DNA from: Gemmatimonadota bacterium
Lineage (GTDB): Bacteria; JBHIER01; G020348925
Assembly: GCA_020348925.1 (NCBI GenBank)
Contig: CP070758.1
Location: 4,711,775 to 4,775,774, forward strand
DNA: 64,000 nt
Direction of reading: 5' to 3'
Shown here one piece after another: positions 20,489 to 31,122 of this stretch. Numbering within the stretch: position 1 is the first letter of the stretch; each line of letters begins with the position of its first letter. The notes under the pieces were generated by a model, which was given only the letters and a program-made list of their open reading frames with translations, did no database searches and was not told where the DNA came from. The position numbers and the translations under genes are program-made.

Positions 20489-20504
20489 TGCAAGAAATGT
20501 ACCA
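20489..20504 (-). promoter_or_regulatory. Sigma54 -24/-12 promoter
   Basis: TGGTAC-ATTTC-TTGCA on the minus strand (GG-N10-GC), oriented toward the cyclase gene. Confidence 0.6.
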
Positions 20505-20851
20505 GAGTCGTTTCGTTTGGTTTCCTTTTTCTTCGATATGCCATACTGCGGCTTTTATAAACTAAGTCATTAGAATACAAAGGACCAAAGATCTGAAGGA
20601 TATCACTATCTTTTGAGATTCTTGGAATGAATATCAGATTTCGAGTTCTTTTAAAGGAAAGTCACCGGAGGATGGGTATTTTGAGCAAATCTGGGGTTTT
20701 TCGCAAGAAATTGTAAAGAATTCAGTACTTGAATTTGATTTGGAAGATTTTCTCCGTCATCCGATTTGAAATACAGAGCGTAATGATTTTCAAAGAAAGC
20801 TTTTATGTGGATTTTAAACGACGCTATTAAATTTCCCCGAGAAAACAGTAA

Positions 20852-23587
20852 TCATTTCATCAGCAGCATTCGTTTCGTGGACGCATAGTCGTTCGCCTCC
20901 AGTCGATAGAAATAGACACCGCTGGCCATATTGCCACCGTCCCACTTGACAGCATGTTTACCCGCCGGGAGCTCTTCATCGATCAATACTTCCACGATTT
21001 GCCCAAGAATATTATACACTGCGAGTCTCGCATCCGCTTGTTCGGGGAGATCAAACGTGAGCTCTGTTAGGGGATTGAAGGGATTGGGATAATTCTGTTT
21101 GAGACTGTATTCCTCCTGGACCAACGAGGTGGCCTTGACCATTTCCATAAAACTGGTGAAATCCTCTGGTGAGAGATGACCTTCCAGCCTCCTGAGAAAT
21201 TCCATCGCCTCGTCATTTACAATTGGCTTGCCGGCCACTTGCGAACAGTCTCCGATTCCGAGAATCACATTGACCACACCCAAGACATCCAGAACGTTAA
21301 TACTGGCATCACTGTTGCAGTCCGCTCGCCACCATGCATCACCCTCAAGAGGTTGAATATCTAAAATATGGTTGACAATGGCTAGAACATCAAGAACATT
21401 GGTGCTGCCGTTACCGTCAACATCACCGCGTTCCAATTCGCAGGCATCACCCGTTCCATCTCCGTCACTGTCAATTTGATCAGGATTGTACACAGTAGGA
21501 CAGTTATCCTCTTCGCACGTGTCACCGTATCCTGGATCTCCATAGCCGTCGTTGTCGGTGTCCGTGCAGGTATCACAGGCATCGCCTGACCCGTCTCCGT
21601 CAGTGTCAGTCTGCTCGGGATTGTAAGTCTCAGGACAGCTGTCACACACATCGCCAGTCTCATCACCATCTGAATCTTCCTGCCCTGGATTTGAGTCGCT
21701 GACACAGTTGTCCTTGCAGTCGGTAACACCGTCCTCGTCCGAATCGGTCAATATCCAGCCCAGACTTACATCATCCCAGAATAGTGTTTGTGTGAGCGTT
21801 CCGTTCAAATTATTGGTTGTCTGGTCGAGGAGTGTTTCGCCCTCCCCTTCATTCATTTTCCAGTATCCAAGCAGTCCCGGTCCGGTTCCGTCAAGTTCCT
21901 CGTCCATGAAGTGGCATACTTCATCCTCGGTTCTGATTGTTTCCCATAATCGGAGTTCATCGATAAGGCCGTTGAAGGTGAAACTTCCACTGGCGTCATT
22001 TCCAATAATGATGTCGTTGTTGCTGTTATCGGCAATCAATCCGGAAGGAGCTGGAAAATAGGTAAGTGCCTGCTCTATCCCGTTGATGTATAGTTTCACC
22101 TCGCTGGATGATCCATCATATGTCGCAGCCACATGCTGCCATGTATTGAGTGTGATGGAATGATCCGGCGAGTATGAATAGGTTGGGATTCCGCTGGGGT
22201 GAGTAATCTGAAGTCCCAGGCTGTGATCGGTGTAAATAGGATGGTCGCCGATCAAAAAGAGGGAGAATTGTCCCTTGTCGATGATCCTGCCAAGCCCAAA
22301 ACCTCCCATCCGTCCCCAGCCGAAAGGATGGATCCATGCTTCAATCGACACTGTTTCTGAAAGATTATGGTCAGGTGTGGTCGGGCACGTGGCAATACTT
22401 TCTTCGTTTTTGAAAAAAAGAGAACTTTTGTCGCCGAACACCCGGATATGATCCGACCTGTAAGCTTTCTTTGAAGACAGACTGTTCGTCACTTCCAGGC
22501 TTACACTATAGATACCAGGCTCATCGAAGATCCAGGTCGGATGCTGATTGTAGGAATCTATAGTACCATCGAGATCGAAATCCCATGCCCACTCCGTTAT
22601 TGGATCAAGTGAACTTGATCGATCGGTAAACTGAACAGAGAGTGGTGCCTTTCCCGTCCTTGGTTCGGCCTGAAAATATGGAGAGGGACCATCAGAAGGT
22701 ATCGAATGGGACAGGAAGAAATCCCACATCACATCGGTGGCCGAAATCAATTCTCCCGGCCAGTCGTGACCTCCCGATGGCAGGGTATAAAGGACAATAT
22801 CAGCATTACTGGTCATAGCGGTCCACTTTCTGCCGATCACCCCGTTTTCGTTATAAATGGTATCAGGAAAAGGGTTGCAGCCGTTTATCCCGATCCAGAG
22901 GTTGAGTACTTCTTGAACAGGTCGGACAGGGCCGCAACCTGTCATTCCTCCATAGAAGGGAACGGACTGATCGTTCAGTGCATGAAAGTGAATTATTGGA
23001 ATGGGACGGATCGGATTGATGGTATCAAGGGTCATCTGGCCTGCAACAGGTCCCACGGCGGCGATCCGATCTGACAATTCAGCGGCTATATGATAGGTTG
23101 TCATGGAACCGATGGAATGGCCGGTCACGTAAATCCTTGTTGAATCGATGTTGAAGGTATTGAGAAGGGTGTCAATCAAAGATGAGATGAATCCGACATC
23201 GTCAATATTGTTTCGGGAGGCATAGCAATTATCCTGTCCGCTATTCCATGATCCGTTAATCCCTTCCGGATAGACAACGAAGAAATCTTCAGCGTTTCCT
23301 TTCAGCCCGAATCTGGAGTTATTCTCGATTGACATCGCTCCCCCTCCGAGTGCGTGCAATCCTATAACCAGAGGGTAAGGATACGATCCATCATAGGAGA
23401 ACGGAACATGGACATAGTAAATCCGTTCCAAGCCGTCATGTTGAAGGGTGTTATACTGGGCTTGCGCCACACTGAAATGAAGAGACATGAATAGAACAGC
23501 ACTTATGAGCCAGATCAATTTTCTGTTTCTGGTTCGGGGAAATAGATTTCGAAATACTTTTCTTTTCCTGTTCGATTTCTTGTTCAT
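20852..23587 (-). CDS. Secreted PHB-depolymerase/LpqC-type esterase + PKD + LamG + thrombospondin type-3 repeats + dockerin + CTD
   Basis: Signal peptide AQA, GHSIG / ND / GHDWPG triad, [24 protein letters not shown] repeats, [13 protein letters not shown] / [22 protein letters not shown]. Confidence 0.88.
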   Translation of the reverse strand: MNKKSNRKRKVFRNLFPRTRNRKLIWLISAVLFMSLHFSVAQAQYNTLQHDGLERIYYVHVPFSYDGSYPYPLVIGLHALGGGAMSIENNSRFGLKGNAEDFFVVYPEGINGSWNSGQDNCYASRNNIDDVGFISSLIDTLLNTFNIDSTRIYVTGHSIGSMTTYHIAAELSDRIAAVGPVAGQMTLDTINPIRPIPIIHFHALNDQSVPFYGGMTGCGPVRPVQEVLNLWIGINGCNPFPDTIYNENGVIGRKWTAMTSNADIVLYTLPSGGHDWPGELISATDVMWDFFLSHSIPSDGPSPYFQAEPRTGKAPLSVQFTDRSSSLDPITEWAWDFDLDGTIDSYNQHPTWIFDEPGIYSVSLEVTNSLSSKKAYRSDHIRVFGDKSSLFFKNEESIATCPTTPDHNLSETVSIEAWIHPFGWGRMGGFGLGRIIDKGQFSLFLIGDHPIYTDHSLGLQITHPSGIPTYSYSPDHSITLNTWQHVAATYDGSSSEVKLYINGIEQALTYFPAPSGLIADNSNNDIIIGNDASGSFTFNGLIDELRLWETIRTEDEVCHFMDEELDGTGPGLLGYWKMNEGEGETLLDQTTNNLNGTLTQTLFWDDVSLGWILTDSDEDGVTDCKDNCVSDSNPGQEDSDGDETGDVCDSCPETYNPEQTDTDGDGSGDACDTCTDTDNDGYGDPGYGDTCEEDNCPTVYNPDQIDSDGDGTGDACELERGDVDGNGSTNVLDVLAIVNHILDIQPLEGDAWWRADCNSDASINVLDVLGVVNVILGIGDCSQVAGKPIVNDEAMEFLRRLEGHLSPEDFTSFMEMVKATSLVQEEYSLKQNYPNPFNPLTELTFDLPEQADARLAVYNILGQIVEVLIDEELPAGKHAVKWDGGNMASGVYFYRLEANDYASTKRMLLMK

Positions 23588-24164
23588 GTTTCGCTCCTTT
23601 CCGAAATATGCAGGGAAGCTCAATTTTATAAGAACCAAACGTTTCAAAAGGGATATTAAATTCTTATTTTTTGGACAAACTTACGTTCAGTATATATGCA
23701 TTAGATGCAAAAGAAAAATAATAGTTACAAAAATAGTACGTTTTTGTGATTGATCATTTATTTCCGAGTGACTTCCATATGTTCTATTCTTCTAATGGTT
23801 TGTGCCTTATAACCTTTCAGAATATATGCAATGGTTCCATGTCAAATAATTTCGACCGAAATCCGAATCCACTTCAATCGACCTGACTTTTCCCGGCGAT
23901 AGATTGCGGAATGAAAATTTTTTAGACGAAAAGGCTGAGCTAAGAAGCGGGGAAATATTAAAGAGGTTGACAAAAAATGTCATATTATGGATGTATGAAG
24001 AAAGACAATAAGAGTAAGGATTTTCTTTGAAAATTCTCTCGTTTAAACGCCTCCGTTCATACGTATTCCCTCAATATTGATTTTACACTTGTCATCAAGA
24101 ATGAACGCTTTGCCTGCGTTTTGATTCAGTCGTACTGCTTGAGGAGGAAAGTGTTCGCCTTGCT

Positions 24165-24707
24165 TCAGAAACCTGCGGCGGTCGATTTGGCGATATCAAA
24201 ATCGATAAAATCGCAATGGTTGATCAGGATTGCCTCCGGGGTCCGGCTGACCTTCTCTCCCTCCGCGGAGTGGGCGGCAATGATGTGAGCCACTTCCAGT
24301 GGGAGCCCGACCTCCATAGCCATAGCGTAACCTGAAACCGGGTGCCTGACCAGGGCGCCGAAGCGGCTTTTTATGATCTGTCCGCCCGTCTCTTCGTATT
24401 CCAAAAGTTTTCCCACGTCGTGGGTCAGACCACCGGCAACGACGATATCCATGTCGAGATCGTACCGTTCCCTGGCAACTGCCATGGCCATCCTCGTCAC
24501 CCGTCGAGTGTGCTCCACCAGAGTCGCTTCCGGCGGGACCAGCAGGGTGAACGGTATCGAATCGATCCTCTCCCACCCGCCGCGCTCCATGGCCACAAGC
24601 CATACTTTCGTCACAAGGTCCTTGAGGTTGGCATCCTGAATCTCTTCGACCTCTGGAAATAATTTCTTGATGTACTCGGTATCCGGCTTTCTCGCGTCCG
24701 TCATCAC
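24165..24707 (-). CDS. Stand-alone HD-domain phosphohydrolase
   Basis: EHT...HDVGK...RHP...AHS...HCD metal ligands. Confidence 0.85.
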   Translation of the reverse strand: MMTDARKPDTEYIKKLFPEVEEIQDANLKDLVTKVWLVAMERGGWERIDSIPFTLLVPPEATLVEHTRRVTRMAMAVARERYDLDMDIVVAGGLTHDVGKLLEYEETGGQIIKSRFGALVRHPVSGYAMAMEVGLPLEVAHIIAAHSAEGEKVSRTPEAILINHCDFIDFDIAKSTAAGF

Positions 24708-24755
24708 CTCAACTCCCTGATTAAAATTTAATTTGGCTTACAAACTCAGCCGCTT

Positions 24756-25874
24756 TCATCCCAGCTTCCGAGCCACCTCTTGACCGACCTCCAGCGTTGT
24801 CGATGTGCCGCCCATGTCGTACGTTTTCACCTTCCCCTCTTTGATGACCGCGGCAATGGCCGCTTCGAGATGCTGGGCTGCTTCGGTTTCCTCCAGATAT
24901 TCCAGCATGAGTTTCGTCGTGATGAACATCGCCATAGGATTGACCTTGTATTGCCCGGCATACTTTGGCGCCGACCCATGAGTGGGCTCGAAAAGGCCGT
25001 AGTCATCTCCGATGTTCGCCGAGGAGGCGAATCCCAATCCCCCGACCAGTTGGCCGCACAGGTCGGAGATGATGTCCCCGAACATATTTGATGTGACCAG
25101 GACGCCATAGTCGAGGGGATTCTTGATGAGCCACATGGCCATGGCGTCGATATTTGTCTCCCACAATTCAATATCCGGATATTCCTGAGCGATCTTGCGG
25201 GCCTCCCTGACCATGAGGCCACTTGTCTCACGGACAACGTTCGGTTTTTCCACGACAGTGACCGTCTTTCTGCCCGTTTTCTTCGCGTATTCGAAAGCGG
25301 AGCGAACGATCCGCTGACAGCCCTTTCTGGTGAAGATGCGGCAGGAGAGAGCGATGTCCTCCAGGGGCACGTCGGAGAACTTCTTCATTTTCGGATGGAT
25401 GCTCAAGGCTTCCATAATGCTTTTCGGCAGAGGATGGAACTCCACGCCGCTGTAAAGGCCTTCGGTGTTCTCCCGGAAGACAATGAGGTCGATGCCGTCC
25501 CGGTAATTTAAAGGATTTCCGGGATAGGCTTTGCAGGGTCTCATGTTCGTATACAGGTCAAACATCTGTCGAATCGCAACGATGGGACTGTAGTACGTCA
25601 AACTTTTATTCTGCAGCTCGGGAGCCAGCTCCCTCTGAGCTTCTTCCTTGGGCTTTGACGTGATCGCCCCGAAAAGGCAGCAGTCCGTATTTCTCAACAG
25701 CTCGATGGTTCGGTCGGGAAGGGGATTCCCCTCACTGCACCAGAATTCCCACCCGATATCCCCGTGAATGTATTCGGCATCAAGCCCGATCTTGTCGAGG
25801 ACGATTCGGGTCGCTTCCATGACATCATTGCCCACTCCGTCACCGGGCAGCCATGCAATCTTATGTTTCGCCAT
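24756..25874 (-). CDS. Isocitrate/isopropylmalate/homoisocitrate dehydrogenase family enzyme
   Basis: PGDGVG, RENTEGLY, NMFGDIISD, EPTHGSAP, TYDMGG motifs. Confidence 0.92.
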   Translation of the reverse strand: MAKHKIAWLPGDGVGNDVMEATRIVLDKIGLDAEYIHGDIGWEFWCSEGNPLPDRTIELLRNTDCCLFGAITSKPKEEAQRELAPELQNKSLTYYSPIVAIRQMFDLYTNMRPCKAYPGNPLNYRDGIDLIVFRENTEGLYSGVEFHPLPKSIMEALSIHPKMKKFSDVPLEDIALSCRIFTRKGCQRIVRSAFEYAKKTGRKTVTVVEKPNVVRETSGLMVREARKIAQEYPDIELWETNIDAMAMWLIKNPLDYGVLVTSNMFGDIISDLCGQLVGGLGFASSANIGDDYGLFEPTHGSAPKYAGQYKVNPMAMFITTKLMLEYLEETEAAQHLEAAIAAVIKEGKVKTYDMGGTSTTLEVGQEVARKLG

Positions 25875-26137
25875 ATCTTACCTCCGTTGCGATAAAAGGA
25901 AACAGTCTCAGCGCGAGTCAATCAGATAGAATGCACAAAGAACCAGTAAGAAGATTGACATAATACAATAATTGAAAGTTTCTCAAAAGTCAAGGTTTTT
26001 CAGTACTAAAAAAAGAGAGCGGAGGGGCAGCGGTGTCACAGGAGGTGAGTGTAGTCGAAAGAAAAATGGGAAACACGGATAAAACCTTACCACCTTTTAC
26101 CCCGAATACCCAAGAAAGGATATTGACAATTTTCTTC

Positions 26138-28804
26138 TCAAAGTGCTAAAATCAGGTTGACGATGGCAACGATGTCCAAAATGTCAATCACGCCGTCGTG
26201 ATTCATGTCGGCTGTCGAGAGTTCATACTCGCTCGCCGGATCACCAATTCCTAAAATGATACTGATGGTTCGCAAGATATCCAAAATATCCACAGCGCAA
26301 TCGTTGTTTACATCGCCGGCGTCTGCACACTCCTGGTATTTTGCTGTAAACAATCCTCTCCCGTGAGTGGCAGCTAAGACCGTACCATCGCCTTTCCGGA
26401 CTTTCAACATATCGACCCTGACATTGGCCAATCCTTGGACAGATGGTGTCCAGTACACATCATTTTCATCGAGATTGTCCGTTGTCCAGACGCCAATTTC
26501 CGTGGCCAGCATGGCTTGCTTTGAACTCCCCGGAAGATAGACGGCCCACCGAACCGGTATATCGGGGAGGTTCCCTTCTTTTTCACCCCATGTCGTACCA
26601 CCGTCGTACGTTTGCCAGACCGAGGAAACCCCGTAATTCGAGAACGTGACGAGAAGCGTATCCTCCGAACCTCCCACGGCAATACAGGAGATATTTCCGG
26701 ACGGGAAGCCGCCGCTTCCGATCTCCGTGGCATACGGGTTGGCATGGGCGTTGTCGACTTTGAACAGCCTGCCTGCCTGCGTTCCCAGGAAGAGTGTGGT
26801 TGTTCCCCACGGGGAATGGGGAGAGACTTTTACATGGGAAAAGGGAACGGATGTTCCGGTGGTCAACCACATGAACTCTCCCAAAGGTTTGAGCGGCAGT
26901 CCGCTGATTCTCAGAATCGTATTCAGGTTGTGGAGATCAAAGGAGGTGGCGTTGGCATACAACGTGTTCATGTAGGAGTCGTAATCTGCCGGATTGATGA
27001 AAATACCGCTGCTGTAATCACCCAAGCTCCGGACCAATCTGTCATTGACGAAAATGTAATATCTGTTGTAATAGACGGAGGTGATATAAACTTCGTATTC
27101 GTTTCTATCGAAGAAGCAATAGGCTCCATCACCCCCGCTGACCATGTCGTTGATATCCAGAGGGGCATCTCCGTAGAGCAGGGTTCCGTTATCCTGGAGT
27201 CCTCCCAAATAAGTGTTGGTATTCGATTCGGGATGTATGTCACACGTGTAAAATTGAAGCGTGTTGTATCCTCTGTTCTTCTCTACGAAGATCGGCTGGG
27301 GTGAGGTACCGCTGGCGGTGTAGAAAACACCACCGTCGTTGGCGAAAAGAATTTCATCGGACGAACCGGGCTTGAAGACAATGGCATGCTGATCGGCGTG
27401 GACGTATCGCGTGCCGCCTCCATAATACATTCCCGTCCAATCCGACACGCGCGTCCACGACTCTCCCGCATTGGTGCTCTTACAGAGATCCAAGCCGCCG
27501 ATAAAGACCGTGTTGGGATCATTCGGATCAACGCCGATAGTGAGCGCATGCCAAGCCAGGGTGGCCCAGTTTCCGTACTGGTTATCGGGCGGGATACTGG
27601 TCTCCGACCACGTAGTCCCTCCGTCAGTGGAACGGAGGATGTGGTTCCCGTACGAATAATTGAAGCCGAAGGTGTTTATGAAGCCTGAGCCGATGACGGC
27701 ATAGACGATGTTCTCATCGGATGGTGCGCTGGAGAGCATGACCCTGCCCGGGATCGTGTAGGTCGGGGCGGATTCAATGACGGTCACGTAGTCGTCGAAA
27801 ACGGTCCATGTGCCCGGTGTGCCGTCATCCGAATACAAAATTGTGGCGCCTCCCTCGCCGGCCAGATTTTTCAACGTTCCGACGTAGATGCGACCGTCGG
27901 GCCCGATTTCGATATCGGCGGGGGCGTAAGGATCTGAAAGGCCCGTGATATTGGGAAGCACCTGCTCCCAGTGCTCACCCCCATCCTCGGATCGGTAGAG
28001 GCCGTCGGAGGGGTAGCTTTCGTGAATACCGTGATACACTCCCGATACGACGCCTGCGTATATAACGCTGGTATTGTTTTCATCTCGGACTGCAATGTCG
28101 GTTACGTAGGCGAAGTTCTCGGTTGAGTATAACGCATGCCACGTATTTCCTCCGTCCGTTGATTTCCATATCCCCATACCCCGGCCGGAGGATTCCCTGT
28201 ATATTGTCACTGCTGTGAAGGCCTCTCCGGTGCCGACGTAGAATATTTCAGGATTGTTGGGATCGTAAGCAATGCAGCTGATGGCCAGATTGTCCCAGAA
28301 ATCGTCGACAGGAATCCATTCGGAATTGTCATCCGTAATGTCGTTGTTATACCATAAACCGCCTGTGACGCCTCCTGCCCAGGCTGTCTTGTATGACGGC
28401 TCGTTCGGGTCGATCATGAGAGCCCGGGTTCGACCACCCATATTGGCGGAAGTTCCTTCCCAGGTCAAGTCGAATGCGGTCGGTCTCTGACCGGCCTCTT
28501 TCCGTATGGCCTGAGTCTCTCTGAAAGCGTCCTTCAATCTTTCAGTGGGAACCCTCCCCAGATCAGGATCCAATGTCATGAAGTAATCCTGGAAAGCAGC
28601 CAGATCCGGGTGCTCGGGCTTCGGTATCTCTTTCAAATCCTCACTGGAGTAATTGGGCAGTTTCTGATACTGTTCCTTCAAAAATTCCTCGTACTTCCCT
28701 CTGTCAATCATTACCCTGTCAGGGGAGCGAAGTAGAATAATGGCAAAGACGGAGAGAGTCGCAATGATGAGTGGACTGATAATTCTGGGTGCAATTCTCC
28801 TCAT
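26138..28804 (-). CDS. Secreted BNR/Asp-box beta-propeller protein (sialidase/Vps10-like) with C-terminal dockerin
   Basis: GGRTRAL, repeated STDGGxTW, HADQH, GGLQDNGT, ATHGRGLF, GDVNNDCAVDILD / ADMNHDGVIDILD. Confidence 0.85.
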   Translation of the reverse strand: MRRIAPRIISPLIIATLSVFAIILLRSPDRVMIDRGKYEEFLKEQYQKLPNYSSEDLKEIPKPEHPDLAAFQDYFMTLDPDLGRVPTERLKDAFRETQAIRKEAGQRPTAFDLTWEGTSANMGGRTRALMIDPNEPSYKTAWAGGVTGGLWYNNDITDDNSEWIPVDDFWDNLAISCIAYDPNNPEIFYVGTGEAFTAVTIYRESSGRGMGIWKSTDGGNTWHALYSTENFAYVTDIAVRDENNTSVIYAGVVSGVYHGIHESYPSDGLYRSEDGGEHWEQVLPNITGLSDPYAPADIEIGPDGRIYVGTLKNLAGEGGATILYSDDGTPGTWTVFDDYVTVIESAPTYTIPGRVMLSSAPSDENIVYAVIGSGFINTFGFNYSYGNHILRSTDGGTTWSETSIPPDNQYGNWATLAWHALTIGVDPNDPNTVFIGGLDLCKSTNAGESWTRVSDWTGMYYGGGTRYVHADQHAIVFKPGSSDEILFANDGGVFYTASGTSPQPIFVEKNRGYNTLQFYTCDIHPESNTNTYLGGLQDNGTLLYGDAPLDINDMVSGGDGAYCFFDRNEYEVYITSVYYNRYYIFVNDRLVRSLGDYSSGIFINPADYDSYMNTLYANATSFDLHNLNTILRISGLPLKPLGEFMWLTTGTSVPFSHVKVSPHSPWGTTTLFLGTQAGRLFKVDNAHANPYATEIGSGGFPSGNISCIAVGGSEDTLLVTFSNYGVSSVWQTYDGGTTWGEKEGNLPDIPVRWAVYLPGSSKQAMLATEIGVWTTDNLDENDVYWTPSVQGLANVRVDMLKVRKGDGTVLAATHGRGLFTAKYQECADAGDVNNDCAVDILDILRTISIILGIGDPASEYELSTADMNHDGVIDILDIVAIVNLILAL

Positions 28805-28841
28805 TTTCAACCTCCTTTGCTAACCTGCTTTATTCACAAGC

Positions 28842-28952
28842 TGTCATTCCGGCCCCCGTAATAGAATACGGGGTAAACTCTGTGCCGGAATCTCCTCGAT
28901 TGGCTCAACCTCATATCTACTGAGCAGATTCCGGTATAAAACCGGAATGACA
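28842..28952. repeat. GTCATTCC palindromic repeat, copy A
   Basis: TGTCATTCCGG...GCCGGAATCTCCTCG...AGATTCCGGTATAAAACCGGAATGACA. Confidence 0.8.
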
Positions 28953-29275
28953 TGGTATCTTACAGTGGGAAGGATAAACGAACAGAGTTCAAAACTAATA
29001 ACTTTCATAAATCAAATAAAAGAAATATGTTAAATTATATTCTGACCGATTTTATGAATACTCCTGGCTAACAACGTTTTGACAGACACAGAAAAAGAAA
29101 GTTTCAAGAACAGTCAAAGGTAAAACGTGTTCCTCTTCATTACAACAGAAATCACCCCGCTTTTTTGGAAAAAATGTATCCGGGGAAAGAGAAGGCGCGA
29201 AACATTTCGGACTTTTTCCCTGTCCTAAACATGTACTTTTATCGCGTGACATATTCGAACCAAAGGGGGTTACCG

Positions 29276-29908
29276 ATGCTTACAAAAAGAACGTTCCTGG
29301 AGCTTGATCGCAGGCAGTTTCTTTCGAAGATCATGCCGGCATGTGCTCTGACATGCTTCGGACTGGGGAGTACCGTTGCGTTGGGACAGGATGCCGAGGA
29401 GTCCACTCCTCTTGAGGATGTGCACAAATTCGACGAGGAATTCGGAAGAAAATTGACGTACAGACAGTATTTTGTCGCACGATATGGAGAATTCATCCAA
29501 TTGGCCAAAGCTTTGGAGAAGGAACTCGGAGAAGAAAAGACGATACAATTTCTCAAGGAATACACAACAGAGAAAATGCTCCAATACGGCAAGAGCCACG
29601 CCAGTAAATCGCCTGATAATGGTTTTCACACGTATACGGACACCTTTCGAGACCCCGAGAGGTACAAGAACACCGCAACCATGGAGATTATTGAGGACAC
29701 GGAAAGGGCCTTCGAGCTGAAAGTGACCGAGTGTTTATGGGCGACCTCCTTTTTAGATGCCGATGCCGGGGAAATCGGTTATGCGTCCGTGTGCTACGGT
29801 GACTACGCCTGGGCCGAGGGCTTCAATCCTAAAATTGGCCTGATCCGTGACAAGACTTTGATGCAGGGGCATGGCTACTGCAATCATCGATACATTCTCA
29901 AGGTGTAA
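29276..29908 (+). CDS. L-2-aminothiazoline-4-carboxylate hydrolase-like family protein with Tat signal
   Basis: DRRQFL twin-arginine leader; VTECLWA, VCYGD, RDKTLMQGHGYCNHRY. Confidence 0.8.
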   Translation: MLTKRTFLELDRRQFLSKIMPACALTCFGLGSTVALGQDAEESTPLEDVHKFDEEFGRKLTYRQYFVARYGEFIQLAKALEKELGEEKTIQFLKEYTTEKMLQYGKSHASKSPDNGFHTYTDTFRDPERYKNTATMEIIEDTERAFELKVTECLWATSFLDADAGEIGYASVCYGDYAWAEGFNPKIGLIRDKTLMQGHGYCNHRYILKV

Positions 29909-30041
29909 CCACAATCTCCAATCCGTGATGTGATATCGGTTCATTTCTTTCGTTCATATGTCATCTCCGGTCAGGGTGACAGCATTCCTATTCTAACATC
30001 CTTTATAGATTTCAGAATACTCTGAGATCTTGAAATTAATC

Positions 30042-30069
30042 TTGACTTTGGTCACAGTCTGGGTATAAT
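30042..30069 (+). promoter_or_regulatory. Sigma70 promoter upstream of the GRE operon
   Basis: TTGACT-N16-TATAAT. Confidence 0.55.
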
Positions 30070-30214
30070 TATTGGTATATTTTTGGAGTCTGAAAATTCG
30101 GAATCGGAAAGATTATGAGCTAAATTCTTTCAAATATTATTGAGATATGGAGTATACTAAACTCAACAATCTCTGTGTCTCTGAGCCTCTGTGGCGAAAT
30201 ATCCAGGTTAGAAT

Positions 30215-31117
30215 ATGGGCATGATTTTTGACATAAAAAGATATGCCATCCACGACGGGCCGGGCATTCGGACCACGGTCTTTCTGAAGGGATGCCCGTT
30301 GAACTGCCGGTGGTGTCATAATCCGGAGGGCAAGGCGCAAAAGCAGGAATTTATGTGGTGGGAGGGGAGATGTATCGGATGTCAGAGCTGTCAGAGCGTC
30401 TGTGCTCAGGGAGCCATCTCCTTTTCGGATGATTCCCTCATTTTGGATCAGGACAAGTGTGATGCGTGTAAAGTGTGTGTCGATGCCTGCAACCCGCGTG
30501 CTTTGGAGCTGATCGGGGAAGAGATGACAGTGGCCCAAGTCATGAAGGAGATAGAGAGAGACGAAGTCTTTTACGACGAGTCCGGTGGTGGGGTAACCCT
30601 CTCGGGGGGTGAGCCGCTGATGCAGCCGGATTTCTCGCAGGATATTTTGAAATCTTGCAAGGAGCTCATGATCCATACGACCCTCGATACGTGTGGATAT
30701 GTCCAATCGGATCTGTTTTCAAGAATCTGTGAGCACGTGGATTTGGTTTTGTACGACCTCAAGGTTGTCGATGATAAGAAGCACATGGCGTTGACAGGCG
30801 TATCAAATGAAATTATTGTAGCGAACTTGAAAGAGCTGTCAAGGAGTGGCAGGAATTATATTGTGCGTTTTCCCGTAGTCCCCGGTGCGAATGATGATGA
30901 AAAAGATATTCTCGAATTTGGGGAATTGGTATCTTCACTCAGTAATGTTAATAGCGTGAGTATCCTTCCGTATCATAACGCAGGAGATGAAAAGAGCAGG
31001 AGACTCGTCAACTCGAGAACCTCATCATTCTTCGGCCATCCCAGCACTTCTGAGCAAATGGTTGAAATTGAAGAAAAGCTCAAAGCGTTGGGGTTGAAAG
31101 TCCAAACAGGAGCATAA
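30215..31117 (+). CDS. Glycyl-radical enzyme activating protein (radical SAM with ferredoxin insert)
   Basis: HDGPGIRTTVFLKGCPLNCRWCHNPE, two CxxCxxCxxxC, SGGEP, LPYH. Confidence 0.95.
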   Translation: MGMIFDIKRYAIHDGPGIRTTVFLKGCPLNCRWCHNPEGKAQKQEFMWWEGRCIGCQSCQSVCAQGAISFSDDSLILDQDKCDACKVCVDACNPRALELIGEEMTVAQVMKEIERDEVFYDESGGGVTLSGGEPLMQPDFSQDILKSCKELMIHTTLDTCGYVQSDLFSRICEHVDLVLYDLKVVDDKKHMALTGVSNEIIVANLKELSRSGRNYIVRFPVVPGANDDEKDILEFGELVSSLSNVNSVSILPYHNAGDEKSRRLVNSRTSSFFGHPSTSEQMVEIEEKLKALGLKVQTGA

Positions 31118-31122
31118 CAAGA

